Below are positions 40,501 through 52,980 of a stretch of 64,000 nucleotides of DNA, in pieces. The notes under the pieces were generated by a model. That model ran no database searches. It saw nothing but the letters and a program-made list of their open reading frames with translations, and was not told the origin of the DNA. Origin of the DNA: Mytilus trossulus (taxonomy: Eukaryota); NCBI RefSeq assembly GCF_036588685.1, contig NC_086381.1, positions 67,022,001 through 67,086,000 on the forward strand. Reading direction: 5' to 3'. Position 1 is the first letter of the stretch; every line of letters begins with the position of its first letter. A program made the translations under genes and the position numbers.

Positions 40501-41119
40501 CCAGCTGAAGGACGCCTCCGGATGCGGGATTTTCTCGTTACATTGAAGACCTGTTGGTGTGCAAGCATGGAATAAGTGAACGTTATTTGCCTTCGTCCAT
40601 GCATGCATGGAGTACGCTTAGTTCCCAAGATTTCATGTTTACATAAAATGAAAAGATTCAGTCATACTAATAAGTGTTTGCAATTTATTTCGTAATGTAA
40701 ATTGTATTGCACAATATGTTTTTAAATATATTTTGAATATGAAAAAATCAACTAAAAAGAAATATATATATAGTTACATCAAACAAAAAAATAATTGAAC
40801 TAACATCGTAAAATTAGGCGGTAAAAAGAAATGAAGGTTTTCTAATTCTAATGTTGATGTCCAGTTTTATTTAAGACCTTGTTTCTAGTTGAAGTATTCT
40901 AGTATTGCTAGATTACAAAACTTAACTGCACTAAAGTATATTATTTTGTCATTGTTCTCTGTCGTATGTACACAGTTGTTAGCATCATTCCCTTCTTCCA
41001 CTTGATTGTTTTTCCTTATTTCCTTACATTGTCCAGATTGATCGTGTCGGTCATACTTCCGTCAATTGTTTTGCATATTCTATATACGTTGAGTAGTATT
41101 GGCAACTTGGTATTACTTA

Positions 41120-41436
41120 ACCCACAGATATCACCAGCCCAGTGGTCAACACTTCGGTGTTGACATGAATATCAATAATGTGGTCATTTTAATATATTTC
41201 CTGTTTACCAAACTTTGAAATTTTCGAAAAACTAAGGATTTTCGTATTCCATGCATAGATTACCTAAGCCGTATTTGGCACAACTTTTTGGAATTTTGGA
41301 TCCTCAATGCTCTTCAACTTTGTACTTGCTTGGCTTTATATTTTTTTTTTATATGAGCGTCACTGAAGAGTCTTATGTAGACGAAACACACGTCTGGCGT
41401 ACTAAATTATAATCCTGGTACCTTTGATAACTATTT
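41120..41436 (+). mobile_element. Retrozyme-like monomer with type I hammerhead at 41357-41400
   Basis: GCGTCA-CTGAAGA-GTCT tatgt AGAC-GAAA-CACACG-TC-TGGCGT; flanking segments recur at ~27150, ~45885 and ~46890. Confidence 0.7.
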
Positions 41437-44400
41437 ACCTTATAAAGCTTTATCAAAGATAGATTATTGAAGACAGCAATAATTTTGTCTTGTTGGTACT
41501 AGTTTCTCTTGAAAGACTGGAAGTATTTAGGATAAACTTTTTTTCTTGTGCTGTTCTTGAGATCAAGATTTACCTGTAAGTCAGTGGTTGTCGTTTGTGT
41601 ATGTGTTACAAATTTGTTTTTTGTTATTTTTTTACATAAATAAGGCTGTTAGTTTTCATATGACATGTGATAAAATTAAGTGTGTGGCGTAAATTTCTAA
41701 AACCAAAGCACTTAGAGCAAATCTGACAAGTTTAGAATTGTTCATTACGTCTAAATGCAGGCTATCGGTTGTTGGGTTACTGCTCCTGAATTGGTATTTT
41801 TTAGATAAATTTGCAGCTTTTGGTTATTATCTTGAATATTATCATAGATAAAGATAATTGTTACAGCAATAATGTTCAGCTAATTATGGCCTACAAAAAA
41901 GTTAACACAACATGTTTATTATAGATGGAGATGATTGTAGGCAGCAAGAATGTTCAGTAAAGTAAGATCTACAAACACATCGCAATCACAAAAGCACAAT
42001 TGTGTCAGTTAACCATCTGTGTCCTTCGTTCAAGATGTACATAGATCAAGGCCGCTAGTTTCCTCGTATGAATTATTTTACATTGTCTTATCAGGGCCTT
42101 TTATAGCTGACTATGTGGTAAGGGCTTTGTTCATTGTCGAATGCCGTACAGTGACCTTTAGTTGTTATTTTTTGTGTCATTTTAGTCTTTTGTGGATAGT
42201 TGTCTCATTAGCAATCATACCACACCTTCTTTTTTATATTGAGATAACAAAATGTGAAATAGTTAAAAGAATACTTTTTTTTAAATACAAAACAAATATG
42301 GGAACAACAATTAACTATAATCAACTGAGAAACAGGTTTCTGATTTTGGAAAGGCACATATTTATAATGCCGCGTGAAAAAAAAATATGTTTAAATAACA
42401 AGACAGAGCATAAGAAAAAAATGAAAATCAGTTTCAACTGACTTATCAGGTAATTTTGAAACAAAACATCACTTACAAGATTTCACAAATAATCAAAGTA
42501 CAGATTTCAGATAACTCGCACTGACTAAAAGCTATTTAAATCCGAATACTACTAATGCATGATTCATTTTCTCCCCATAACAAATAATCAATCAGTATAC
42601 ACACAACTACGTTGCATAAGTAGTCTGCAAAAGCATAGTATTTTACAATGCCAGATTATGAGCACTTATTATCGAAGATTGAAGGACCATACTTTTCATA
42701 ACTGTCCAAAAAACAAGTATATGTTTGATTTATCAAAAACTTATTACTACTGATAAGAAATAATACAGATACAACGAATCTTCTAAAACAAATCTGTGTT
42801 TTATGAAAGCTTTACGTAAAAGATACGTACCAGACAACTAAGATACTTTGGTAACGAAATTCATGACTTCATTTTCAGTGCTATACATACACTGAAATCG
42901 GTATTACAATTAAAAAACAGAGATTATAGGATATCCATCCATGACATCAGTACAGGCACAGCAAAAAAAACCCACATAATTAGCAAATGAACAGCGCTAT
43001 ATTGCTGCTTTTTTGTCTCAAAGTCAAAGCGAGGCCTTTAACATGGAGCAAAAAATGTCCATCCCATTGCAAGTGATAAACAGTTTATATGAGCGAAATT
43101 CTTTCCCATGATAGTTTTGGTTGATTTTTGTACGATGTAACACCAACAAATCTGCCCCGAGCAAGCATAAACATCCATGAATTTTAGTACAGATTTTAAA
43201 GCAAAATAATTCCTACGCATATATATAGTAAATATAGCACTATGCGCAATGTGTATACAAATTCAGTGAATGCTAATTATTATAGTGATCTTACCGACAT
43301 ATCTAAAATCTATCTCTACTGTATCACCCGAATTAACCTGTCTTTTTACTTCCCATTATATTCAACCGATGTAAAATAATATTCTACGATTGAATAAGGA
43401 CTAAATTGTAAAAAAAAATAGAAAAAATAAAGGAATGTGATGATATAATGTGCTTAAAGAATCATCGATCCAACTAAAAATGAACAGTTCTAAACTTGAT
43501 AATTTATTAAAATATTTCATGAAAAGAATATTATACAATCTTCATTTTAAATTCTTTTTAAAAGTGCATTTGCAAACATAGCAACTTCTAAATATTGATA
43601 CGAAAATCTTATTAACCTTCAGATGTAATACGTATATATGCATTCAGAAGAAATTTGTAAGATACGAATTGCAATAATACAACCAGTAAAGATATTCGAT
43701 AAAAAGATAGGCGAAAGATATCAAAGTGAAATTCAAACTCATAATTTGTAAACAAACTGACAACACCATGGCTAAGAAAGAAAAGAACTAACAGACAAAC
43801 ACATTACACAAAACAAAACTAGTCTCTTCCGGAAAGGTAAGCAAATCCCGCTCCCCGTGTGACACCCATGTTGTTGATGATTGGTAGTGTGACTACAAGA
43901 AAAGGCGGACCCCAGAAAATAAAAGAAACACATCCTTGAAAAACTGATTCAGTTTGACAATATATTGTCACAAAAAGCGTTAGAGAAAAATATTTCATCA
44001 CCGCATTTCATGTAATACAATTTTTTTTTTAACTCTTGAAATTGCAATTTTGTAAATCTACAGTCATCTTTCTCATGAAAATAAAATGTTAAGTATGAGG
44101 TGTAAAACTCGGTTATATGGATAACTTAACCTTTCATTCATTTTCACTTGTATGAAAGTCGCATAAAATTTCATTATATTGAAACAATATGCGAACAATA
44201 CAAACAGACATAATCGATAATAATGTCAAACATAGGGGAACAATCATCAACTTTGTGTCTTCAAAAACTTATTTTAAATCTTATCAGTCCGTAAAAGAAA
44301 TTTGCAGACTTTAGGCTGATATATCTTTATTATTAACGTTTTGAATAACATTTAAAAGACTTTTTATTGATTATATATCGCATTACGTAGGCATAACATA

Positions 44401-45401
44401 TATATTTCAATTATGAACAAACTATGACTGAGTGTGATCTGCGTTATAGATAGAAGCACTTTAAATTTGTAATACATATTTTGCTGGCTAGAGTAGGTCT
44501 TAAAATACATAATCATGTTTTGAAATCATGGCCTTTACGTCATATTATCTACCTTGACATTTATTGATTATATTTTGAATTGCGATATTCTAAACCATAT
44601 ACATTTCTTTTGTGAATAAAATGTATACGATTGGATGCATGGTTTTGTAATTATAAATATTTGTTATTACATTATACGATCAAACAAATCAGAGGGACAG
44701 GATGGGGTTTACAGAATATAAAGTAAAGTTGAAAATTTAGAAATAAAAAGGTAAAAAGATTCAAGAAAAGGTAAAAAGATTCAAGAAAAGATAAAAAGAA
44801 TAGTTAATAAAGGCGTGCATTAATTTTGAAAATAAAAAATATTGAACAAACAGTATATAGGATAGAGATAGAGACAAAAATGCACCAAATTTAAAGAACA
44901 CAGAATTGAAGGACCCCAATTCAGACCTTCAGGTACAGAAAGGTAACAGAAAGACTTGTGCGAGTTAAACGCTGGAGTTGGAGCAGTGAGAAATTTATAC
45001 CGTTGATTGCCATAAAACAAGATGATGTGGTTCTCTTAGAATTTTGTGCCATACATTCTTCTGAAGACATCATTGGAAAATTTCACGGGTATGGAAATGA
45101 AAAAAGATAAACTATAATGACTGTATTTGCTGGATGACATTCAACATATAAGGTATAGAGCGGATCAAATATATTTATGTCAGGTGTGGAAACTTACTTC
45201 AGGTACCGAAATATTGAAATGATAATAAAAAGGTAAATGGAAGTCAAAAACGTTTAGATAAAAGAACATCATTATTATTTATGAGAGTGAGTGTAACAAC
45301 AGTCTGCTATATCATTTTTTTTTTTTACTATTTTTTTATTAAATTTTCTTTTAATTAAGAATAAACTCATCATAGATACGAGGAATAAAAAATTAATATT
45401 T

Positions 45402-45445
45402 ACGCCAGACGCGCGTTTCGTCTACAAAGGACTCATCAGTGACGC
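45402..45445 (-). ncRNA. Type I hammerhead ribozyme motif, intact core
   Basis: Minus strand reads GCGTCA-CTGATGA-GTC ctttgta GAC-GAAA-CGCGCG-TC-TGGCGT. Confidence 0.75.
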
Positions 45446-45500
45446 TCGAATCAAAAATGTTATAAACTGGTTTCAGAATCTATCAACTTTATTTTAGAAA

Positions 45501-48500
45501 ATGGCAATGTCTTCACTAAAGCTGACTGTAGAGGAAAAGAATTACTGGAAGTTTTGCATGCTTAATGTCAGGGTTGTACCAGATGCACTTCGAAAGTATT
45601 TTGACGGTCGTATACCACCTGCAAACCTGGCTACCACAATCAACCAAAACTCCACGACAATTGTTAATCTTGTTAACAGACGAGTTATAAATTTAGCCCA
45701 GCTTGATATATTGCAGAGAATACCTGGCACAATATGGCCACCAAGATGTCTTGCAGTACCAACTGGATCTAGTGGTAAATAAACAAAAAATATTTACAAA
45801 ATGTCATTAGAATAATTTCTAAGTAATATTTTGTATCTTATGATAAGTCTCATTATGGTAGACCTGTTACGTGTTTCTATTTTTTTAATCCTGGTACCTT
45901 TGATAACAATTTATAACTTTTTGAGATTTAATTTAACCCAACTATAATTAGAAATAAGATAAAAGACAAAGTGGAATGATTATCAATGAGACATCAATTC
46001 AGCAATATTTGTTTAGAGGTTTTGTTATCTCAACCAGAACCGATCAAGTATCGATTATCGTTCGTCATCGGAGTACAAAGTCCTTCGGAAAAAGCAAAAT
46101 AAGAACAGAAGTAATTCCTTCTCGTGCTGATTTTATTGGTGGAAATCGTGTTGCTTAGTCTTTTGCTATGTATGTTGTGTCTACTGTACTATTATTTGTC
46201 TGTTTGTCTTTTTTAATTTTAGCCATGACGTTGTCAGTTTATTTTCAATCAATGAGTTTGACTGTCCATCTGGTATCTTTCGTCCCTCTTTTTATCATCA
46301 TCGAAAATGACCACTTCCGGTCTATCATATATAAGGCAACATCTCGCTAGACAATGTTTATCATTAGTTGTTATCATAATAACAACGAAAATACATATAA
46401 AAAAACACTTTTATGTATGATTCAATGGTTGTCGTTAATTGCTGCCTGATATCTAGTGGTAGGTTTATTATTTCCAAACACATCTTATCATCTTTTATTA
46501 ACATATTGCTTGAGATCCAGTATATTTAACCCTACCACATTCTGTGTTATGTGCCTGTCCCAAGTCAGGAACCTGTAATTCAGTGGTTCATTCAGTATAG
46601 GCATTGCTCCTTGTTGAAGGCCTTCCGGTGTCGTTTGGTCTCTTTGGTAATCATACCACATCTTTTTTTTCTTTCATATTTACTGTAACTAGTTCAAATT
46701 ACTCTTGGCAAAACTCTTCACATCTAGAAGTAGTCAGGGTTGTCTCATTTGAACGTCTTACATTAATTAGTTATCTTCTTTGTAATTATTAAATAATTTC
46801 GAGAAATATACGAAAATCACTCAATATAAATAAACAAATTTATTGTAAACTCATATGTGTTTCTCGAAATTTGTTATCTTCATTTAGTAACACTAGGTCG
46901 ATGCAACTGCTGATGGAATATTAATTCCACGTGGTATCTTCAGCTCAAAAGCTTCTTCGGTACTGACATGATTTATGACATACTTTTCATAACATGTTCT
47001 ATTGATTTTTATTAATCACAACATAAGGTTTGAACTGTCTCCTTCCTGAGTTATCATATATGTATTTTGATGTGTCTTGTGAACTTAAACCTCATCTGGT
47101 ATTAAGGTATTCGTACATCCTTGTGAATATTATTATCATTTTTTTTCATCTTTTTAACAACATATAACTCACTTGCTTTTAAAATATCAAACTTCTAGAC
47201 AACAGTAAGAAAATGAGCTGGCTTTGGTAAAGTCAGAAACTTCCACAAACTTACTCTTTAATATTAAGACTTTAATCAAACAAGACTTATCATTTAACAA
47301 GATCTTAAATATTTACAATAAACAAGAAGATATTGCCAATGTGACAAATAATCATTAGAGACTACTACACGTAGTATATTTATTCAATCACAGATATATT
47401 GTCTTTGAAATCATGCGTTATGAACTGTTCTACTCGCGTTGTTAGTTTCAACAAATCCGGGGCTGCCGCCGCAATGCTTTATTTCGTTTTCAATTCAATA
47501 ACTTAATAGTTCTTGTGTTGAAAAAAAATATAAAAGGAATATTAATGTTACTGTATAACGAATATGACTAGCCGTACAGCTATTTTAATTTTGCGGCAGA
47601 TTTCCAGTGTTCCTGCAGGAGGTCAGTAGTTCACTTTTAATTCTCATGTTTACTCAAACAATTACAACAATGGTAATATGCGTGTGTGATCGGGTGTCGT
47701 AATACACCACCAAATAATTAAGCAAGATGTCTACTTATATTACATTCTTGTTTTAGCTACTTCTTCAGCAGATTTTGACGTTACCTTGATGGTGTGTTTA
47801 CTGAGGAATATACCATTACCAGGGATATATCAACCTGCTTCCGGATGGGATAATTTACCTATTCCTAGTGACAAATCGCCAGGTGCTTACCTTTCAAGAA
47901 TAAAGTACTATCGAAATGCGATAGCACATTCAACTGAAAACAAATTGAACACATTGGATTTTCAGGGCAAATGGAAAACAATCAGCGAGGTTTGTATATA
48001 CTTTTTAAGTTGTTACCAATTGAATGATATTTCAAAAGCTTATAACATTTTGGACTTTGTCAGCGATACTTATGTCTTTTATCCCGATTTTTGTTCTCGT
48101 AAGTTAGGAGCATGTAATCCAGGGGTTGGTACTCGTTGCCATCTGTGTTTTCTGGTTTCCTTGGCAATCATATTATTTATTCTTATGTTTATGCAGAAAT
48201 CATTGTTCCTTTTTTATATACATATTAAACATAAAAAAAATTAATATATTATCATTTGTGAACTTAACATATGAGATAAGATCGGATAACTCGTTTGCGC
48301 TGAAATACTTTCATGATATTTACATTTTTCGCTAAGTGCTATAAAATCGCATTTTGCTATTTATTTCAGGCAATAACATTCTGTAATGGTGGGCATTGTC
48401 CGAATGCAATTATGGAAATTTTGCATTGCGACTTGGATGGTTCGCAGAATGGTGTAAATGTTACTTGCTTAATGACAGAGATCGAAGCTGTTAAAGGGGA

Positions 48501-51500
48501 TCTCCAAAGGACTGAACTTCAACTAGAGAATGTCCAAAGTGACTTTCACTTTTATAAGGATGGGCACTTGCCAAAAAACATTGCAGGTATTAATTTAAAC
48601 AACTTGTGCATCCGAACTGTATAATTAAATTATTAAACACGACTGTAAAATATCAATTCTAAAATAAAGACCATGTACATAACAATGTAATCGAGGTACA
48701 TTGCGTTCGTTAGACAGCAAAAACAGAGCAACACATTGATTGGGTGGAAAATAAGAAATTATCAAGATAATAATTAAAAAAGACAACAGACGGGAAGCCA
48801 ATAGGAAATGTTAGACTGTTAAATATCTTGAAAAAGTTATAATATATTAAAATACGACAGGGTGTCAAATGTGCAGAGAGACGTCACTCATCTACTTCTA
48901 ATATTTGTATAAAGCAGACATAAGAACAGGAGCGGCCACTTATTTCAATTCTAGATCAAATTAATTTTTTGAAAAGTATTATTCTTCGGATTTAGGAACA
49001 TCTTACATTGTGTTCAGCAAAGGTTAAATATAATTAGGCAATGCCATCTTTAAATCATTCTAATGTCACATATCTAACACATTGACAATTTATTTGGATA
49101 CAAAGAGGACTGAAATGTTTGTTTTTTATTTGTTTTCAATTCAAATCATATACATAAAAAGTATAATCACAAAAATACTGAACTCCGAGGAAATTTCAAA
49201 AAGGAAAGTCTCTAATCAAATGGCAAAATCAAACACATCAAATGAATATAGCATTTAAATTATGGTTAATAATTATAATCAAATGTTTTAGACAACATTA
49301 ATGAGCTAATCAACAAATGGAGGATAGAAGATAAACCCTTTTTCTTTACTAGAGCAGGAAAACTGGTATACGATATGTTAGAATCTGAAAATATTGTCAT
49401 GATAATTGGACAATCAGGCTCTGGTAAATCAGCAACAGCTCGACATATAGCATTAAAATGGATTTCAAACGGTTACGATGTTGTTTCAGTGGAATCTGTT
49501 GAACAAATATTGGGATATAGATGCAAAGGAACGAAACAAATCTTTGTGATAGATGATGCAGTTGGGAAATATTCAGTAAACGGATCTTATGTCAATCAGT
49601 GGGAAAGGCTAGATTCGAAACTGACAACGTTATTTGATGACGATAACGCGAAACTTATTTGTACATTACGGAAGGTTGTGGCTATTGATTCAAAATTCAA
49701 GGCATCAAAAACGTGTTTGAGTGAAAAAGCTTATATCGTTGATTTAGACCATGAAGACAACTGTCTTCTGTTGGAGGAGAAAATGTCAATTTTGAAAAAT
49801 CATTTGATTAGCACTGACAGACAAAATGATATAAGCGATGAGGAATGTAAAGACTGTTGTAAAGGTAACTTTGCCTTTCCACTATTATGCCATGTTTTTA
49901 CAACAAGTAATGGCCTCTTTCTGCGCAAATCTGATTTCTTTCAAAAGCCGTTTAACTATTTGAATGATGAAATAACAAAATTACATCAGCGAAACAAAGA
50001 AGTCTATTGTTCATTAGTTACATGTATGATATTTTCTGGGAAGTTGAAAGTAAAATTGTTTTCTCTTTCTGATGATTCCGACGAAGAACAAGAGAAAAGC
50101 GGGCGTATAATTGGTATGATAGCTGAAGCGTGTGGCCTAAATAGAAATATTTCCAGACAGACATTACTTGATAGTTTGCTCTCCGTTGAAAGCGTATATG
50201 TAAAATCATATTGCGGAGTGATAAGTTTTCTACACGACTCTTTCCTAGAAGCTATTAGTTTTCACTTCTCAAAGGTGAATCCATATGTATTTTTAGAATG
50301 TTGTGATATTGCATTTTTGAAGGAAAGAGTTAGGGTGATTTCATCACAGGTAAACGACGATGAAAATGTAATTGTATTAAACGATGAGTCATTCGGACTT
50401 TTAGCAAATCGATTTATTGCAGAACTGAAGGCAGGGGAGTTCATGGATGTATTATGCAGCCATCCAATTAGGAATGAGAAATTTATCAAAGTGATGGGCG
50501 CTATTATCGACGGTGGACAACTGATAACCCGACAAAAGCTTGTGGAAACGGAAATCTCCTGTGTGGCTTATATAAAATGGAAGCATTTTGATCCTATATA
50601 TAAACAAGAAGACAATGTAGAAGCAGTAGCAGCAATCATGGAAATTTTCCCGGCTGGTAAAACATTATTACATTGGCTCATAGCCACTGGCTGCAATTAT
50701 TTCGTAGACTTTTTTTTTAAACGAATGTCACGAAAGCAACAAAACAAATACATTCGATCAGATAAGTCTATTTTCTCACTAGCTTTATTAGGCGGTTGCA
50801 AAGAAATCATTCAATCAATGCTTGAAAAAGGTGCAAATGTTAATTCTCTTGAAAGTCAGTATGCTTTAAAGAAACTAGTTATTAATGGCAGAGATACCAA
50901 ATTATTAGAATGTCTTAAGTATTATGGAATTGGAATGCACTTCATCGACTATCAAAGAAAATCGCTGCTTTTTTATGCAATAACGTCTAAAAATCTGAAA
51001 ATTCAGACATTTTTAGTTGAAGAAGATTCACAGCAACACGCTTTACATGAGGCTGTTTTTTATTCAAATACTGAAAAGCTAACTAATCTTCTTAGTAGTC
51101 ACGGCATTAATTTGGTTTCAAATAACGGTTGGTCGGTTATGCATTTTGCTGCATATAAAAACGACATCGCAATGATGGGAATTATATTTGAAACCGCGAT
51201 GAAAAATGAATTATCTGTTTTGGACAAAAGAGACAAGATTGGCTGGAGTCCTCTTCATTTAGCTTCTATCTTATCTAATTATAAAGCAGTTGATTTTCTT
51301 ATGAGCAAAGGTGCTAATGCTAGTTCAATCGACAATGACGGAAAAACACCTCTACATATTTCAGGCAATGAACAGATAACCAGTTCTTTATTGCAATACA
51401 ATCGTTGTTCAATTGAAATGTCGACTAGAACTGAACGTCATTCAACTGAATTACGACACCAGCACACAACAAACAATACGAACGATATAAATAAAACGAA

Positions 51501-52980
51501 AGACATAGCAATAGATATCGAAGATGTTCATACTGAAATGGCAAACACACTCTTCTTCTCGATTAAATTCATTGGGGAAAACAACATTGAATTTAAGCAA
51601 GATGAAGATAAAAATTGGAAGCCACATGTAAACAATTATCCAATACATCAGGACATTGTGAATGAAATTCCAGAAAAAATGAAGAATTGGCACCCCTCAT
51701 TATTATCTTTGATCCATGTAACCTATATGAATTTTCTTTTCTGGTGTTTTTCCATTGTAAAATTCCGAAAGAACATTGATATACCAGACAAGGAAGGAAA
51801 TACACGTCTGCATGCTGCCGCATCGATGGAAAATCAGGATGACAGCATATCATCTGTGAAAATGCTTTTGGAAAGAGGAGCTAACCCCCTTTTCTACAAC
51901 AATAACGGCTGTTTGCCAGCTGATGTTGCGTTTTACAGGCACTCATATAAAGTTAAACTTTTCCTTGATATCTGTGCACTACATGCAGCGAAAAGGGGAC
52001 TTGGAATTCTTGTTTTGACTTTAATTATATCGTTCCTTTCGGTCATTTCTCTTTCCTTAGCCGCTTACTATATCTGTCCTAATTACACAAATAGTAACAA
52101 TTTGAATAATATTTCTACCAGTAACTTTACCAATATATCAAATGACACTTTTCAAAGTGACACTAACATTTGCTTAGACAAAAACAATGTTTCAATCTTA
52201 TGTGAAAATAGAACAGGAGACGTCTATCAACACATGTACATACATCCCTTCAATTTCGTTCACCCTCTGGCGATTGCATGTGTATTGTTTATTAATTTAT
52301 TTTTTGCGTTGAGTAAAAAACTACTATGTCGACAAAAATATTCTACTTTTGAAGGTCTTTATTATATGTATGTACATTCGACTTTACTTTTGAAATTATC
52401 ATCTATATGTTTTTCTAATCGTAGAAAATTCAAAATATTGGAAAACTTGATTTTTAATTTCTCCTTAATGAATGTGGTAATTTTATTAATTGATGTAATT
52501 ATAAGATTGAAACAAAGGTATTATCCAGAATGGTTGATATTCACTCGGATTCCATTGCAGTTTATTTTATGTTCTAGTAATATATTTATTATAGTAATTT
52601 TCCATGAACCGTTCCGTAAGATACAGGCAAGAATGTTTGATATAAGATTCATGTTAAACAGTCTATCATGTTGGTCAATAATGTCACTTTCATTAAGCTT
52701 TATCTTCATTTTCATTGCATTATATATATATATTAATATCATTCCGTTTTGTACATATGCGATTTTGTTAAAGATGTGGGGAAAATGCAAGGGTTTCCGT
52801 CGACACTTCTATCAAATGCAATTTGTAATCTTCAAAGTGGCTTTTGAGAGCCCCGTAAGGAAACAACCCCGTTATGGCAACCCTTCATTTACATGGAAAA
52901 ATATTTTCCAAGCTATACTCATCTTAATTCTACTCATTTTTGAAACAATCGTGTTTTATGATTATTACCACATTGACTAA
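45501..52980 (+). CDS. HEPN(DZIP3-type)-coiled coil-STAND (nSTAND3-like) NTPase-ankyrin repeats-multi-pass TM protein, 1470 aa; exons 45501-45774, 47757-47989, 48370-48586, 49292-52980
   Basis: 4413-nt uninterrupted CDS, GT-AG introns in phases 1/0/1. RNAIAH at 47912-47929, Walker A GQSGSGKS at 49408-49431, Walker B IFVIDD at 49540-49557. Ankyrin motifs GKTLLH, GWSVMH, GWSPLH, GKTPLH, GNTRLH...LLERGANP. About 6-7 hydrophobic segments after ~51997. Confidence 0.9.

Noticed and set aside
42019-42441. 140-aa hydrophobic ORF
   Set aside because: Lies in the high-copy interspersed repeat; chance open frame.
49292-52980. Intronless 3.7-kb STAND exon as a recent bacterial transfer or contamination
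   Set aside because: It is spliced in phase to three intron-separated exons, is AT-rich like the host, and is flanked by host repeats; large single NTPase exons are usual in animal NLR-like genes.
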